Positions 9,585 through 18,734 of a stretch of 64,000 nt of DNA are shown one piece after another (the first letter of the stretch is position 1; each line of letters opens with the position of its first letter). Below the pieces are notes generated by a model. That model ran no database searches, was not told the DNA's origin, and was given only the letters and a program-made list of their open reading frames with translations. The stretch spans positions 1 through 64,000 of the forward strand of contig JAHLWS010000034.1 of the NCBI GenBank assembly GCA_019057795.1. The letters run 5' to 3'. The position numbers were made by a program, and so were the translations under genes. The DNA is from Promethearchaeota archaeon (lineage in GTDB: Archaea; Asgardarchaeota; Lokiarchaeia; Sigyniarchaeales; SOKP01).

Positions 9585-10110
9585 TTTCTTTTAATCTCCT
9601 CCTTATTGCGATTTGTTTCAATTCTTTTCTAATAATATCCATTAATTTAAACCTTTCCTTGGGATTAATAGCCGTAAGTCCATACGTCTTAACTCGAAGA
9701 ATATCTTCTACGCGATCAGGACTCATGCGACCATCGTTCTTTTGCAAATCTTGTTTGTTTGCTATTGCTATAATTGGGCATTCTTTATCGACAAAATGCG
9801 TAGCGTAACTAATTAATTCTCGAGATTTTAAAACATTACGCGGAGTCGAATCAGTTACGATAAAGATTACATCTGAGCCTAAAAGATAATCTTTTGAATA
9901 AGCCTTAAGGTACGACCTTTGCCCGCCCATATCCCACACTTTGAGATAATAATCGTCTAATTTGACCGTTTTTAAATCGAACCCATGGGTAGGCAAATAT
10001 AATCGATCAGTCGTCTCTTTTGATAAAAGCTTTAACATAGTTGTTTTGCCGACTGCAGGCGAACCCATGAAGGTAACTTTCCTCAAATTTTTTATTTCTG
10101 AACTCAACAT
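9574..10110 (-). CDS. Arf-like small GTPase (Ras superfamily)
   Basis: G1 GSPAVGKTT, G2 PTHGF, G3 WDMGGQ, G4 NKQD, G5 TAI. Confidence 0.9.
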   Translation of the reverse strand: MLSSEIKNLRKVTFMGSPAVGKTTMLKLLSKETTDRLYLPTHGFDLKTVKLDDYYLKVWDMGGQRSYLKAYSKDYLLGSDVIFIVTDSTPRNVLKSRELISYATHFVDKECPIIAIANKQDLQKNDGRMSPDRVEDILRVKTYGLTAINPKERFKLMDIIRKELKQIAIRRRLKEIEL

Positions 10111-10328
10111 TTCTTAAATCATTACGAAAAGAATATATTTAATAAAAAAAAGAGCAACTAAATTACATATATCTCTGTAATATATAGATCATATGCTAAA
10201 GAAGTAAGAACTCTTACCGCTAAATGGAATATAGTAAAATAAAAGAAATAAAAAAGAGAAAATAATATCGACATATTATGATTTTATCATAAAAGAATCT
10301 AAAGTGTTTTAAATCCAAAAATTTAGAG

Positions 10329-12242
10329 CTAAAAAATAACTCCAAAATTAATATTATAAAAGAACAAGAGGAGGATTATTGAAAAGAGAGTTGGAATAAT
10401 TAAACTGTATGTGAATAATCCTTGAGATACTTTTATACTTTTCATTAAAGTATTCATAATCGTTTCAAAATATCTAGGATTCCCCCAAATCTTGATCCCC
10501 TCAACTACAGAATCGTAATAAAAAAACTCGACCTCTTCTAAATCTTCTTCAGCTTTAATGATTAAGGAATCAAGTTTTTCTAAAATCTTTTCTAATTTAA
10601 TTTTATCCCCGATTGGTGAATAACCTCTTCGAGTAAATTGTCTAGCTACTGTATGGGAATCCGAAGTTGTTATTTCTCCTCTTTCTATCCCTCTATTTTG
10701 TAGCATATTTAAAATATAAGAACGAATATCAACATAGGCGTTGTTCGCGTCAAAGTGGATGAATACCGTTTTTTGATCAGTGGTCGTGTCTTTAAAAAGG
10801 TGGACTACTAACCCACCTATTCCAATTCCATCCTTTTCAGAATATTCGGACATTAAATCTTTTGCTACACCATATTGTACAATTAATTTGTTAGTGTCCT
10901 CTTTTTCGGTTTTTTTTTTAGAGCTTAAAAATTTCTCTGCTACTGAAATAAGATCTTTCGCCTCTAAAGAATGATTTTCTATTAAAACTTCGTCGCCAAT
11001 TATAGAATTATGGGAATCAATAATAATTATCTCGCGGTAACCTTTTAATTTTGCAATTTTTCTAATTTCATCACCTATTTGAGCCTGTATATCATCAGAA
11101 GGTAGAGGATGTCTCGTTAAAAAAACAATAGCTATATTGTCTATATCAATGCCGATTAATTTAGCAGAATTCGACATTTTTCTTGAGACATGTTTTATTT
11201 CATTAATCCATTCGTTTTGAGAATTCTCTTCGATATATTTTACATCTCTTTTTATTTGCCTTAAAACTTTTTCGAGTTCACTATGAGATGTTAAATTTTG
11301 CGTGTGATCGTTGGTTGTATGATAAACGGTTGTTCCTGGAATGTCTCTAAAAGCTTCGTAAATGAAAGCAGGTAAATCAGAAGAACCGCACGTTTTAAAC
11401 GGCCCAAAATGAATATGGGGGATAATAAATAATCCCTTTAACTTTTTAGATTTTTTACCCCGAATTGCTAAATATTGAATCTTCACATCAGAAAGAATAC
11501 CAATTTTATCGAAAAAACCTTCTAACATATCATCGTTGCCTTCTGTCATCATAGAAAGTACGAAAGCTCTAATAAATGGATAACCGCCAATACCTGTCGC
11601 TTGCCTATATACATTACTTACTTGAGACATAATCCTTGCGTAGGGAATTGCGAAGAAAATTGCACATACTGTAAAAAACAAGATAGCTCTAATGAAAAAA
11701 AATAGTGGGAGCTGAGATGCGAAGAGACTGAAGAATATTATGGCAATTACGGGTTGAATAAATGCCAGAATAAAATTCCCATATTTTCCAACGGTTGTAA
11801 ATGAATAGTGTAAGACATAAGAAATAATATAAGCTAAAATTGTCCCAAGTATAAAAAATACTTCTTGAAATGTAACATTCCTAAGAAAAATTGAAATTAT
11901 TTGACCAATTATTAAAGAAAGTCCAATTATACCCGTTATAATAGCATTCAATTGAATCCCCCATCCTTTGGGAGGCGCCGCTAAAATAGGAGCTCGCTTT
12001 GAATAATAGAAAATTGATAATACAATCCCTGCTCCCAGTGTTATATAGAATGTGATTAATACGTTAGAGAGATAAAAGAGATTCCAAATGCTTGTATAAA
12101 GCGAATTTAATATAAATGAGAGTAATCCAATTATGGTAGGTAAACTAAAAAATATTATGTACGCTGTACGTTTTGTTGAAAAATAATCTAAATACGAAAT
12201 GATTCCGGGGATATTGCGAGTTGGATGTTGTTGTGCGTACAT
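10329..12242 (-). CDS. DUF2070-family membrane protein
   Basis: N-terminal TMs; PHIHFGPF..GSSDLP, H..DH, DSHN, DANN and TSDSH motifs; C-terminal TM. Confidence 0.8.
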   Translation of the reverse strand: MYAQQHPTRNIPGIISYLDYFSTKRTAYIIFFSLPTIIGLLSFILNSLYTSIWNLFYLSNVLITFYITLGAGIVLSIFYYSKRAPILAAPPKGWGIQLNAIITGIIGLSLIIGQIISIFLRNVTFQEVFFILGTILAYIISYVLHYSFTTVGKYGNFILAFIQPVIAIIFFSLFASQLPLFFFIRAILFFTVCAIFFAIPYARIMSQVSNVYRQATGIGGYPFIRAFVLSMMTEGNDDMLEGFFDKIGILSDVKIQYLAIRGKKSKKLKGLFIIPHIHFGPFKTCGSSDLPAFIYEAFRDIPGTTVYHTTNDHTQNLTSHSELEKVLRQIKRDVKYIEENSQNEWINEIKHVSRKMSNSAKLIGIDIDNIAIVFLTRHPLPSDDIQAQIGDEIRKIAKLKGYREIIIIDSHNSIIGDEVLIENHSLEAKDLISVAEKFLSSKKKTEKEDTNKLIVQYGVAKDLMSEYSEKDGIGIGGLVVHLFKDTTTDQKTVFIHFDANNAYVDIRSYILNMLQNRGIERGEITTSDSHTVARQFTRRGYSPIGDKIKLEKILEKLDSLIIKAEEDLEEVEFFYYDSVVEGIKIWGNPRYFETIMNTLMKSIKVSQGLFTYSLIIPTLFSIILLLFFYNINFGVIF

Positions 12243-12366
12243 AACCCGTTTTAAAAAATACTTTTTTTTATTAAATTTTTTACTATTCCTACTTGTAATT
12301 AAATGAAAATCCTTATTATTAACTTTTTTTAAGAAGTTATAAATAATTAAAAAAATAATAAAAATT

Positions 12367-13401
12367 ATGTCGGAAGCTTATCCAAGGATTGAAAGATATT
12401 CAAATAAACGGTTTAGCGAAGTAATTTCTGAAGGGTTTCATCTCTTTTTCAAAAGCTGGTTGACTTTAATCATACCGCTTGGTTTGTTTATGCTAATTTC
12501 GTTAATAATAAAGAATTTATTAGTAGCCGATATGGTTTGGCAATCCCTACAAATGACAGCCGCCATTGAAATTATTATTTATAAAGATCCTTCTGCTATA
12601 ACAAACGCGGATCTTGATCTTATGATGGAATATTTAGCTCTGACTTTATATAGCGGGTTCATTAGCGGTTTAGTCGTAACTATTTTTAATGTACTAGCTA
12701 TGTGCTTAGTTAGTAATTACCTCTATAACAAATTTATTGGGAACGAAACGAAGTTTTTCTCCGAATTTAAAAAAGCAATAAATGGAAAATTAATATTCGT
12801 AATTCTTTTATTAGGAGTTGGAATTTCTATAGGATCTGTTCTTCTCTTTATTCCGAGTATTATCATATTTGGGTATTACGCTTTTTATGTTTTCACATAC
12901 AATTCTGATGATTCCAATCAGCCAGTAAAAGATGCGCGAGAAATAGCAAGAAAGTCTTTTTGGAAAATAATTGGAGTTTTTGTAGTCAGTAATCTAATTA
13001 TAACGATCATTGATTTCTTTTTTCACTTATTCATTGACGATTTCTTAATTCAACTCTACAATACTTCTTGGTCCACAAGAAACTTTGGTATGATAATTTT
13101 ACACGATTTAATATATTATACCGTTGAATTGATTTTTGCTCCGTTGTTTATATGTTTATTAACTTCCCTGTATGTATCTTTAAAGACTAGAAAAGAAAAA
13201 TTTGTCCCATACCAAACTTCTTATGATCAAACCCCTCAGAGTTATGGAACGCCATATCGCGATGAATCAAGTTCAATTAAGAGTATTGATGCAGCTGATA
13301 AACCAGGATCTGGTTTATATTGCCCTTTCTGTGGGCAATTTGTGAAGAGTAAAAGGCGATTTTGCCCCAATTGTGGACAACAGTTTAATTTCGAAATTTA
13401 A
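12367..13401 (+). CDS. Multi-pass membrane protein with C-terminal zinc ribbon
   Basis: About 6 TMs; tail CPFCG-x8-CPNCG. Confidence 0.75.
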   Translation: MSEAYPRIERYSNKRFSEVISEGFHLFFKSWLTLIIPLGLFMLISLIIKNLLVADMVWQSLQMTAAIEIIIYKDPSAITNADLDLMMEYLALTLYSGFISGLVVTIFNVLAMCLVSNYLYNKFIGNETKFFSEFKKAINGKLIFVILLLGVGISIGSVLLFIPSIIIFGYYAFYVFTYNSDDSNQPVKDAREIARKSFWKIIGVFVVSNLIITIIDFFFHLFIDDFLIQLYNTSWSTRNFGMIILHDLIYYTVELIFAPLFICLLTSLYVSLKTRKEKFVPYQTSYDQTPQSYGTPYRDESSSIKSIDAADKPGSGLYCPFCGQFVKSKRRFCPNCGQQFNFEI

Positions 13402-13409
13402 GATAATTA

Positions 13410-14213
13410 ATGGTGTTTTTTATGAATTTTAACGTTACTCGTAAATTTGAATTAAATACGGACGATCTTAATAACCCTATCGTATTAATAGGTTGGCCTG
13501 GGATCGCATTAGTGGCAAAGTTAGCGATAACATCTATAAAGGATTCCATTGGTGCTGAAGAATTTTTAGACATAGAATATTCTGATTTTCCGCCCAAATC
13601 TAACGTTGAAAAAGGGAAATTGGAAATCCCAAGTGCAAAAGTTTATTATAAATCAAGAAAACAAGAAAAAGAACAAGATTTCTTTATATTAACGGCCAAT
13701 TATCAACCTCAAACCTCAGAAGGTGTATTTGATTTTTCTCAAAAATTTTGCGAAGAGATGGATAAATTAACAGATAGTAAAATTAAAATGTATATTAGCA
13801 CTGGTGCTATGGTTATTGATAGAGTGATAGGCACATCACTTGTGCATGTTTGTGGAACGGATCAAGAAGTTGTTGATTCTTTTTTGCAATACGAAAATAC
13901 TAAACTAATGGAAGGTGGAGTTATTGCCGGAGCAAATGGGATCTTACCTGCTTGGGCAGGAAACAAGGGCTATGCACCGGGGGTGTGTTTGTTAGCAGAA
14001 ACATTACCATTACCTATGATGGCACTAGACCCTCGCGCATCTAAAGCTTTAGTTGCAATTTTAAAAGATTATTTCAACATCAATATGAATTTCGATGAAT
14101 TAAACAAACAAATTGAAGAAATGGAACACGTGATTGATTCGTATAAAAAGCAAGCAGAGCACTTTATGAAGGGGACTCGAGACGATCGTGGTTCTGATTC
14201 TTATTTTCGATAA
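13410..14213 (+). CDS. PAC2-family proteasome assembly chaperone (PbaA-like)
   Basis: GWPGIALVAKLA, DFPP, QPQT, IAGANG, CLLAET, DPRAS; C-terminus SYFR. Confidence 0.85.
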   Translation: MVFFMNFNVTRKFELNTDDLNNPIVLIGWPGIALVAKLAITSIKDSIGAEEFLDIEYSDFPPKSNVEKGKLEIPSAKVYYKSRKQEKEQDFFILTANYQPQTSEGVFDFSQKFCEEMDKLTDSKIKMYISTGAMVIDRVIGTSLVHVCGTDQEVVDSFLQYENTKLMEGGVIAGANGILPAWAGNKGYAPGVCLLAETLPLPMMALDPRASKALVAILKDYFNINMNFDELNKQIEEMEHVIDSYKKQAEHFMKGTRDDRGSDSYFR

Positions 14214-14362
14214 ATCTCTCTTTTTAAAATTACTTCCTTATTGATGTTACTTTAAAGGTGAATAGTGCTTAGGACTTACTACAAAGGTTAATAATTTATA
14301 TTGTTCTCAATTTTATTAACTAATAAAATTATTAAATCTAACTAAATTAATGTGAAATTTAT

Positions 14363-16372
14363 ATGAAATTCTTCAAATTGTTTGATCCTTTGAAAATTAG
14401 CAATATAACCCTTTCAAATCGGATTGTAATGCCTGCAATGCATCTCGGTCTAGCTAACGACGGATTTATTACTCCGAAGTTAACCAATTTTTATGTTGAA
14501 AGAGCGAAGGGAGGCGCAGGGTTATTAGTTGTAGGCGGATGTTATGTAGATATATACGCAAAAGGATTACCGTCTATGATAGCAGTGGATGACGATAAAT
14601 ATCTTCCAAAATTAATTGAATTCACTAAAGCAGTACATGATGCTCGAGAAAATGTTAAAATCTGTTGTCAGTTATATCACGGTGGTGCTTACGCTTTTCC
14701 ACAAATTATAGGTCGGCAACCAATAGCACCTTCGGCAGTTTACAGTAAATTCAGTAAAACTACACCTAAAGAAATGACGCTAGAAGATATAAAACGAGAA
14801 CAACAAGCATTTGTAGATGCTACCATCCGTGCGAAAAAAGCCGGTTTTGACGCAGTTGAAATCTGTGCCAATGCAGGATATTTAATGGATCAATTTATTT
14901 CTCCAAAGACTAATAAAAGAAATGATCAATACGGTGGCTCTCTTGAAAATCGTTTGAGGTTTCCAATCGAAACAATTAAACTGATGAGATCTAATGTACC
15001 TGATTTTGTTATAGGATATAGAATTTCTGGAGATGATTTTGTACCTGGAAGTAATACCTACAAAGAAAAAGCAATTATTGCCGAAGAATTAGGAAAATAT
15101 TTAGATTACTTTAATGTCACTGGGGGATGGCACGAAACTAAAACACCACAACTGACGATGGATGTCCCAGAAGGGTGTTATACTTATCTCGCAGAAAACA
15201 TTAAGAAACACGTATCAATTCCGATTTTTTCTTCTAATAGGATCAATACTCCCGAATTAGCCGAACAAGTATTAATGGCGAGTAAAGCCGACGCTATATG
15301 CATTGGCCGGGGATTGATTGCCGATCCATATCTTCCAATGAAAGCAAGGAAAGGCGAATTACGAGATATAATGAATTGTATTGGATGCAATCAAGGATGT
15401 TTTGATAATGTTTTTAGAATGATGCCAATAACTTGTTTAAGAAATGCTCGCGCCGGAAATGAGGCTAGAACTGAACTTAAACCGTTAAAAGAAAAAAAGA
15501 AAGTGATGGTTATTGGATCAGGTCCAGGGGGATTAGAAGCTGCGAGAGTTGCTGCTATTAGAGGTCACGAAGTACATATCTTTGAAAAAGAAGATAAAAT
15601 TGGAGGCTTATTAAATATAATCTGGGTACCGCCTGGAAGAAACGAGTTTAAAAGAATGATTGAAAATTATACTTACTGGATTCAAAAACATGGAATTCAA
15701 ATGCATCTCCAGCAAGAGGTATCAATAGAAAAAGTAAAGGAATTTAATCCCGATGTAGTTTTTATTGCAACTGGTTCGAAACCAACAAGACCTCCTATAA
15801 AAGGAATAGACAGAAAAAATGTTTATTGGGCTAACGATGTTTTTAGTGGAGATGCTCCAGTGGGCAAAAATAATGTAATAATTGGAGGAGGTGCAACCGG
15901 AATTGAATTAGCAATATTCTTAACTAAATATGGTGCACTAAGTCGCGAATCTTTTGATTTCCTTACTTTTTACAAAGCATTAGAGACAGAGATAGCTTTA
16001 GAAATGCTCCATGAAGGAAGAAACCAAGTAACTGTGTTAGAAATGCTACCAAAACTAGGTTCCGCTTTAGGGAAAACCACGAAATGGGTGCTACTTGATA
16101 AATGCGACGCCTTAGGGGTAAAATTAATTACAGGTGTCAAAATTCAAGAAATTGGAGATGATTATGTAAATTATTTAGACGCTGCTGATAAAGAACAAGT
16201 AATTAACAATGTTGATTACATATACTACGCTACGGGTGTGGAACCAAATGATTCTCTCTCTAAAGAGATTAAATTATTAAATATAAAGGTAGAAAAAATC
16301 GGAGATGCTAGAAAACCACAAACGGTAATGGAGGCTGTAGCTAGAGGTTATAAAATCGGAAATGCGATTTAA
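14363..16372 (+). CDS. fadH: NADH:flavin oxidoreductase / 2,4-dienoyl-CoA reductase (FadH-like)
   Basis: OYE TIM barrel (NRIVMPAM, TNKRNDQYGGSLENR), CIGCNQGC Fe-S motif, GSGPGG and GGGATG dinucleotide motifs. Confidence 0.8.
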   Translation: MKFFKLFDPLKISNITLSNRIVMPAMHLGLANDGFITPKLTNFYVERAKGGAGLLVVGGCYVDIYAKGLPSMIAVDDDKYLPKLIEFTKAVHDARENVKICCQLYHGGAYAFPQIIGRQPIAPSAVYSKFSKTTPKEMTLEDIKREQQAFVDATIRAKKAGFDAVEICANAGYLMDQFISPKTNKRNDQYGGSLENRLRFPIETIKLMRSNVPDFVIGYRISGDDFVPGSNTYKEKAIIAEELGKYLDYFNVTGGWHETKTPQLTMDVPEGCYTYLAENIKKHVSIPIFSSNRINTPELAEQVLMASKADAICIGRGLIADPYLPMKARKGELRDIMNCIGCNQGCFDNVFRMMPITCLRNARAGNEARTELKPLKEKKKVMVIGSGPGGLEAARVAAIRGHEVHIFEKEDKIGGLLNIIWVPPGRNEFKRMIENYTYWIQKHGIQMHLQQEVSIEKVKEFNPDVVFIATGSKPTRPPIKGIDRKNVYWANDVFSGDAPVGKNNVIIGGGATGIELAIFLTKYGALSRESFDFLTFYKALETEIALEMLHEGRNQVTVLEMLPKLGSALGKTTKWVLLDKCDALGVKLITGVKIQEIGDDYVNYLDAADKEQVINNVDYIYYATGVEPNDSLSKEIKLLNIKVEKIGDARKPQTVMEAVARGYKIGNAI

Positions 16373-16430
16373 TATCTTTTAAAAAACTTTTAATTTTCAT
16401 TTTTAAATATTTATTAAAAAAAATAAGTTA

Positions 16431-17420
16431 TTGATTAAAGTGCAAAATACTGGTTCCAGCGAAGCGGACGAGAAAATAGAGCATAAAATATCTAATAATT
16501 TAAGAGGAATCAATGAACAATCACGAAATTACATTAGAGACATTGTAGTTTTAATCAATAGAGAAATTGGAATTAATAAAATTTTATCTATTATTTTATT
16601 TGGAAGCCAACAAGCAGGTAAAGATAATACTATTGTTTCTGACTGTGACCTCCTCTTTATTTTTAAAAATAGAGTGTCAGACCATCATATTAAAGAAATT
16701 GAACGGTACTTTATCGCGTTAGAAATAAAACATAATTTTAAAGAACCAACTTCAAAACTAACTAGGAATGTATTAGGCGTTATTCAGCAATCAACGGGGA
16801 TGTTCGTAAGCCACTTTCTTACTAAACGAAAATATTGGGAACAAGCAGTCTTTTATAAAATTTTCCGAGTAAACAAAGTTTTCTCTGCTATGTTTGCCCC
16901 TCGAAATATTGTTTTGAGCAATGTAATTCAGAATAGTACTATTTTGTATGGCGATGATTTAAGAAATATTATTAAACCAAAAATCAAAATTTCTGTTCTA
17001 GAGATGTTTAGAAGTACAATAATGAACCTATTTATTTCCTTTTTTGCTTTATTAATCGCACCGAGAAAAGAACTTAATTCAATAAAATACCAATTAGAGG
17101 CAATTAAATGGTCTTTAAAAGCTTCGAACTATTACTGTTTTGAAGACTCAGAATTGTTAAATAAAATTGTCGAACGATTTATTTCGTTTGAAAAGCCTAA
17201 AGCCCAATCAAAAGCTAAAAAATTCTATTTTTTGTTTCTTAAATTAAGAAACCAACCACTTAACGATCTAAGATTTATGCTACAATGTCCCTTTAGGATT
17301 TTAAAGATTCACATTAAAGCAATTCTTTTTAGGAAATTAACAAAAAGAAACATTACCAAAACCATATTTGAAGTAAAGGAATACAACATATTGCAACGTG
17401 ATTTTCCAATACGATATTAA
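16431..17420 (+). CDS. Pol-beta-superfamily nucleotidyltransferase domain protein with helical C-terminal domain
   Basis: ILFGS...SDCDLL (GS-x-DxD) signature. Confidence 0.7.
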   Translation: MIKVQNTGSSEADEKIEHKISNNLRGINEQSRNYIRDIVVLINREIGINKILSIILFGSQQAGKDNTIVSDCDLLFIFKNRVSDHHIKEIERYFIALEIKHNFKEPTSKLTRNVLGVIQQSTGMFVSHFLTKRKYWEQAVFYKIFRVNKVFSAMFAPRNIVLSNVIQNSTILYGDDLRNIIKPKIKISVLEMFRSTIMNLFISFFALLIAPRKELNSIKYQLEAIKWSLKASNYYCFEDSELLNKIVERFISFEKPKAQSKAKKFYFLFLKLRNQPLNDLRFMLQCPFRILKIHIKAILFRKLTKRNITKTIFEVKEYNILQRDFPIRY

Positions 17421-17557
17421 TTAAAAATTAGTAAACTTAAAAATTAAATTGGTTAATGAATTAGAATTCTATAGATAGTATATTTTTATATTACCAAAGG
17501 TATATTAGTATTTAGTATCAAAAATAAAAATTTATTTACAATAACCACCGTATTAAA

Positions 17558-18118
17558 ATGGAAAACGACGAAATTGATATTAAGGAATTATTTCTCGATA
17601 TTTTAACTATAGTGAAATTTGAATTAAAATTTTACCAAGTACGTGAAAACCCAATGTTCACTCGAATAGTCAAAACGAGAGTGTTCCAACAAAAGCTTCA
17701 AAAATTAAAAGATTTTATCAATACTTATTTTGAGATTATGTACAAAGGCGAGGAGGAAAGTCCAATTAACCAAATCGCTTTACGTACTCAACTGGACAAT
17801 GTAGCCCGCATCACAAATTATTACAATGACTTATCTAGCTTCTATAAGGATCAAACACAAAACCTCATTACAAAAGAAAAACTTCTAAATTTGATTGATT
17901 ACAGCCATATCGAGAGTTTGTTCTTAGTGTTTACAAATATTTTGGACTGGGAGCATTACAAAAGCAGTCTAATTTTCCCACACGATAAGCGAAAAGAAAA
18001 ACTTTTAAAAGAATTTCTTGGTAAGCTTGCCAGTTCTGATATTAAAGATGTTGAGGACTTAATCGACCTAGAACAAACTATTGATACTTTCGTAAAAAGC
18101 ATAGAAGTGGAATTGTAA
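17558..18118 (+). CDS. Hypothetical helical protein
   Basis: 186-aa ORF with ATG start, flanked by AT-rich intergenic DNA; no motif recognised. Confidence 0.7.
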   Translation: MENDEIDIKELFLDILTIVKFELKFYQVRENPMFTRIVKTRVFQQKLQKLKDFINTYFEIMYKGEEESPINQIALRTQLDNVARITNYYNDLSSFYKDQTQNLITKEKLLNLIDYSHIESLFLVFTNILDWEHYKSSLIFPHDKRKEKLLKEFLGKLASSDIKDVEDLIDLEQTIDTFVKSIEVEL

Positions 18119-18409
18119 ACTTTTCAAAATTTATTGAAAATATAGTAAAATATGCCACATCAATATACTCTTTTATCTTCTTTGACATAACATAAAGGTT
18201 AAATTATTTTTCTAATCTTGAGCATTGAAATTCAAAAAACCTCAATTATTTTAGAATTTCTTTATTCTCGTGCGACAATTAGTTAAAAATGTTTTTATAC
18301 TCGAATTTTCATATAACAGTAAATAGAACATTGATTGAATCGATGAGATTCAAGAGCGCAAGCTCAAGCACTACATGAATTCTTATATAGGTATAGGAAT
18401 ATATTAAAA

Positions 18410-18712
18410 ATGGATTGTATAGCTAATATCTTAGATTTTTACAATAACAAATCTAAGGACGAGGAAATAAACCTATCTCATTTTAGTAAAGTTTGGCTAA
18501 GCAATCTCCTTATTAAGATCATGAAGAATTTTAACGAAGGGCGAACAAACGATTTAGAGCTACAGAATTGTTTAATACTGCTCGTTAATTTATTCTCTAA
18601 CAACGATAGTCCTGATTTTTATAATAAAAAAGGAAAAAACGTTCGAGAGCTATTGGATGACGATAGATGCAATTATATAGATCTATTAAAATCAGAGTTT
18701 CTAAATAATTAG
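18410..18712 (+). CDS. Hypothetical protein
   Basis: 100-aa ORF with ATG start and an upstream TATA-like element; no motif recognised. Confidence 0.65.
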   Translation: MDCIANILDFYNNKSKDEEINLSHFSKVWLSNLLIKIMKNFNEGRTNDLELQNCLILLVNLFSNNDSPDFYNKKGKNVRELLDDDRCNYIDLLKSEFLNN

Positions 18713-18734
18713 AGAGAAGTAAGATTCAATTAAT

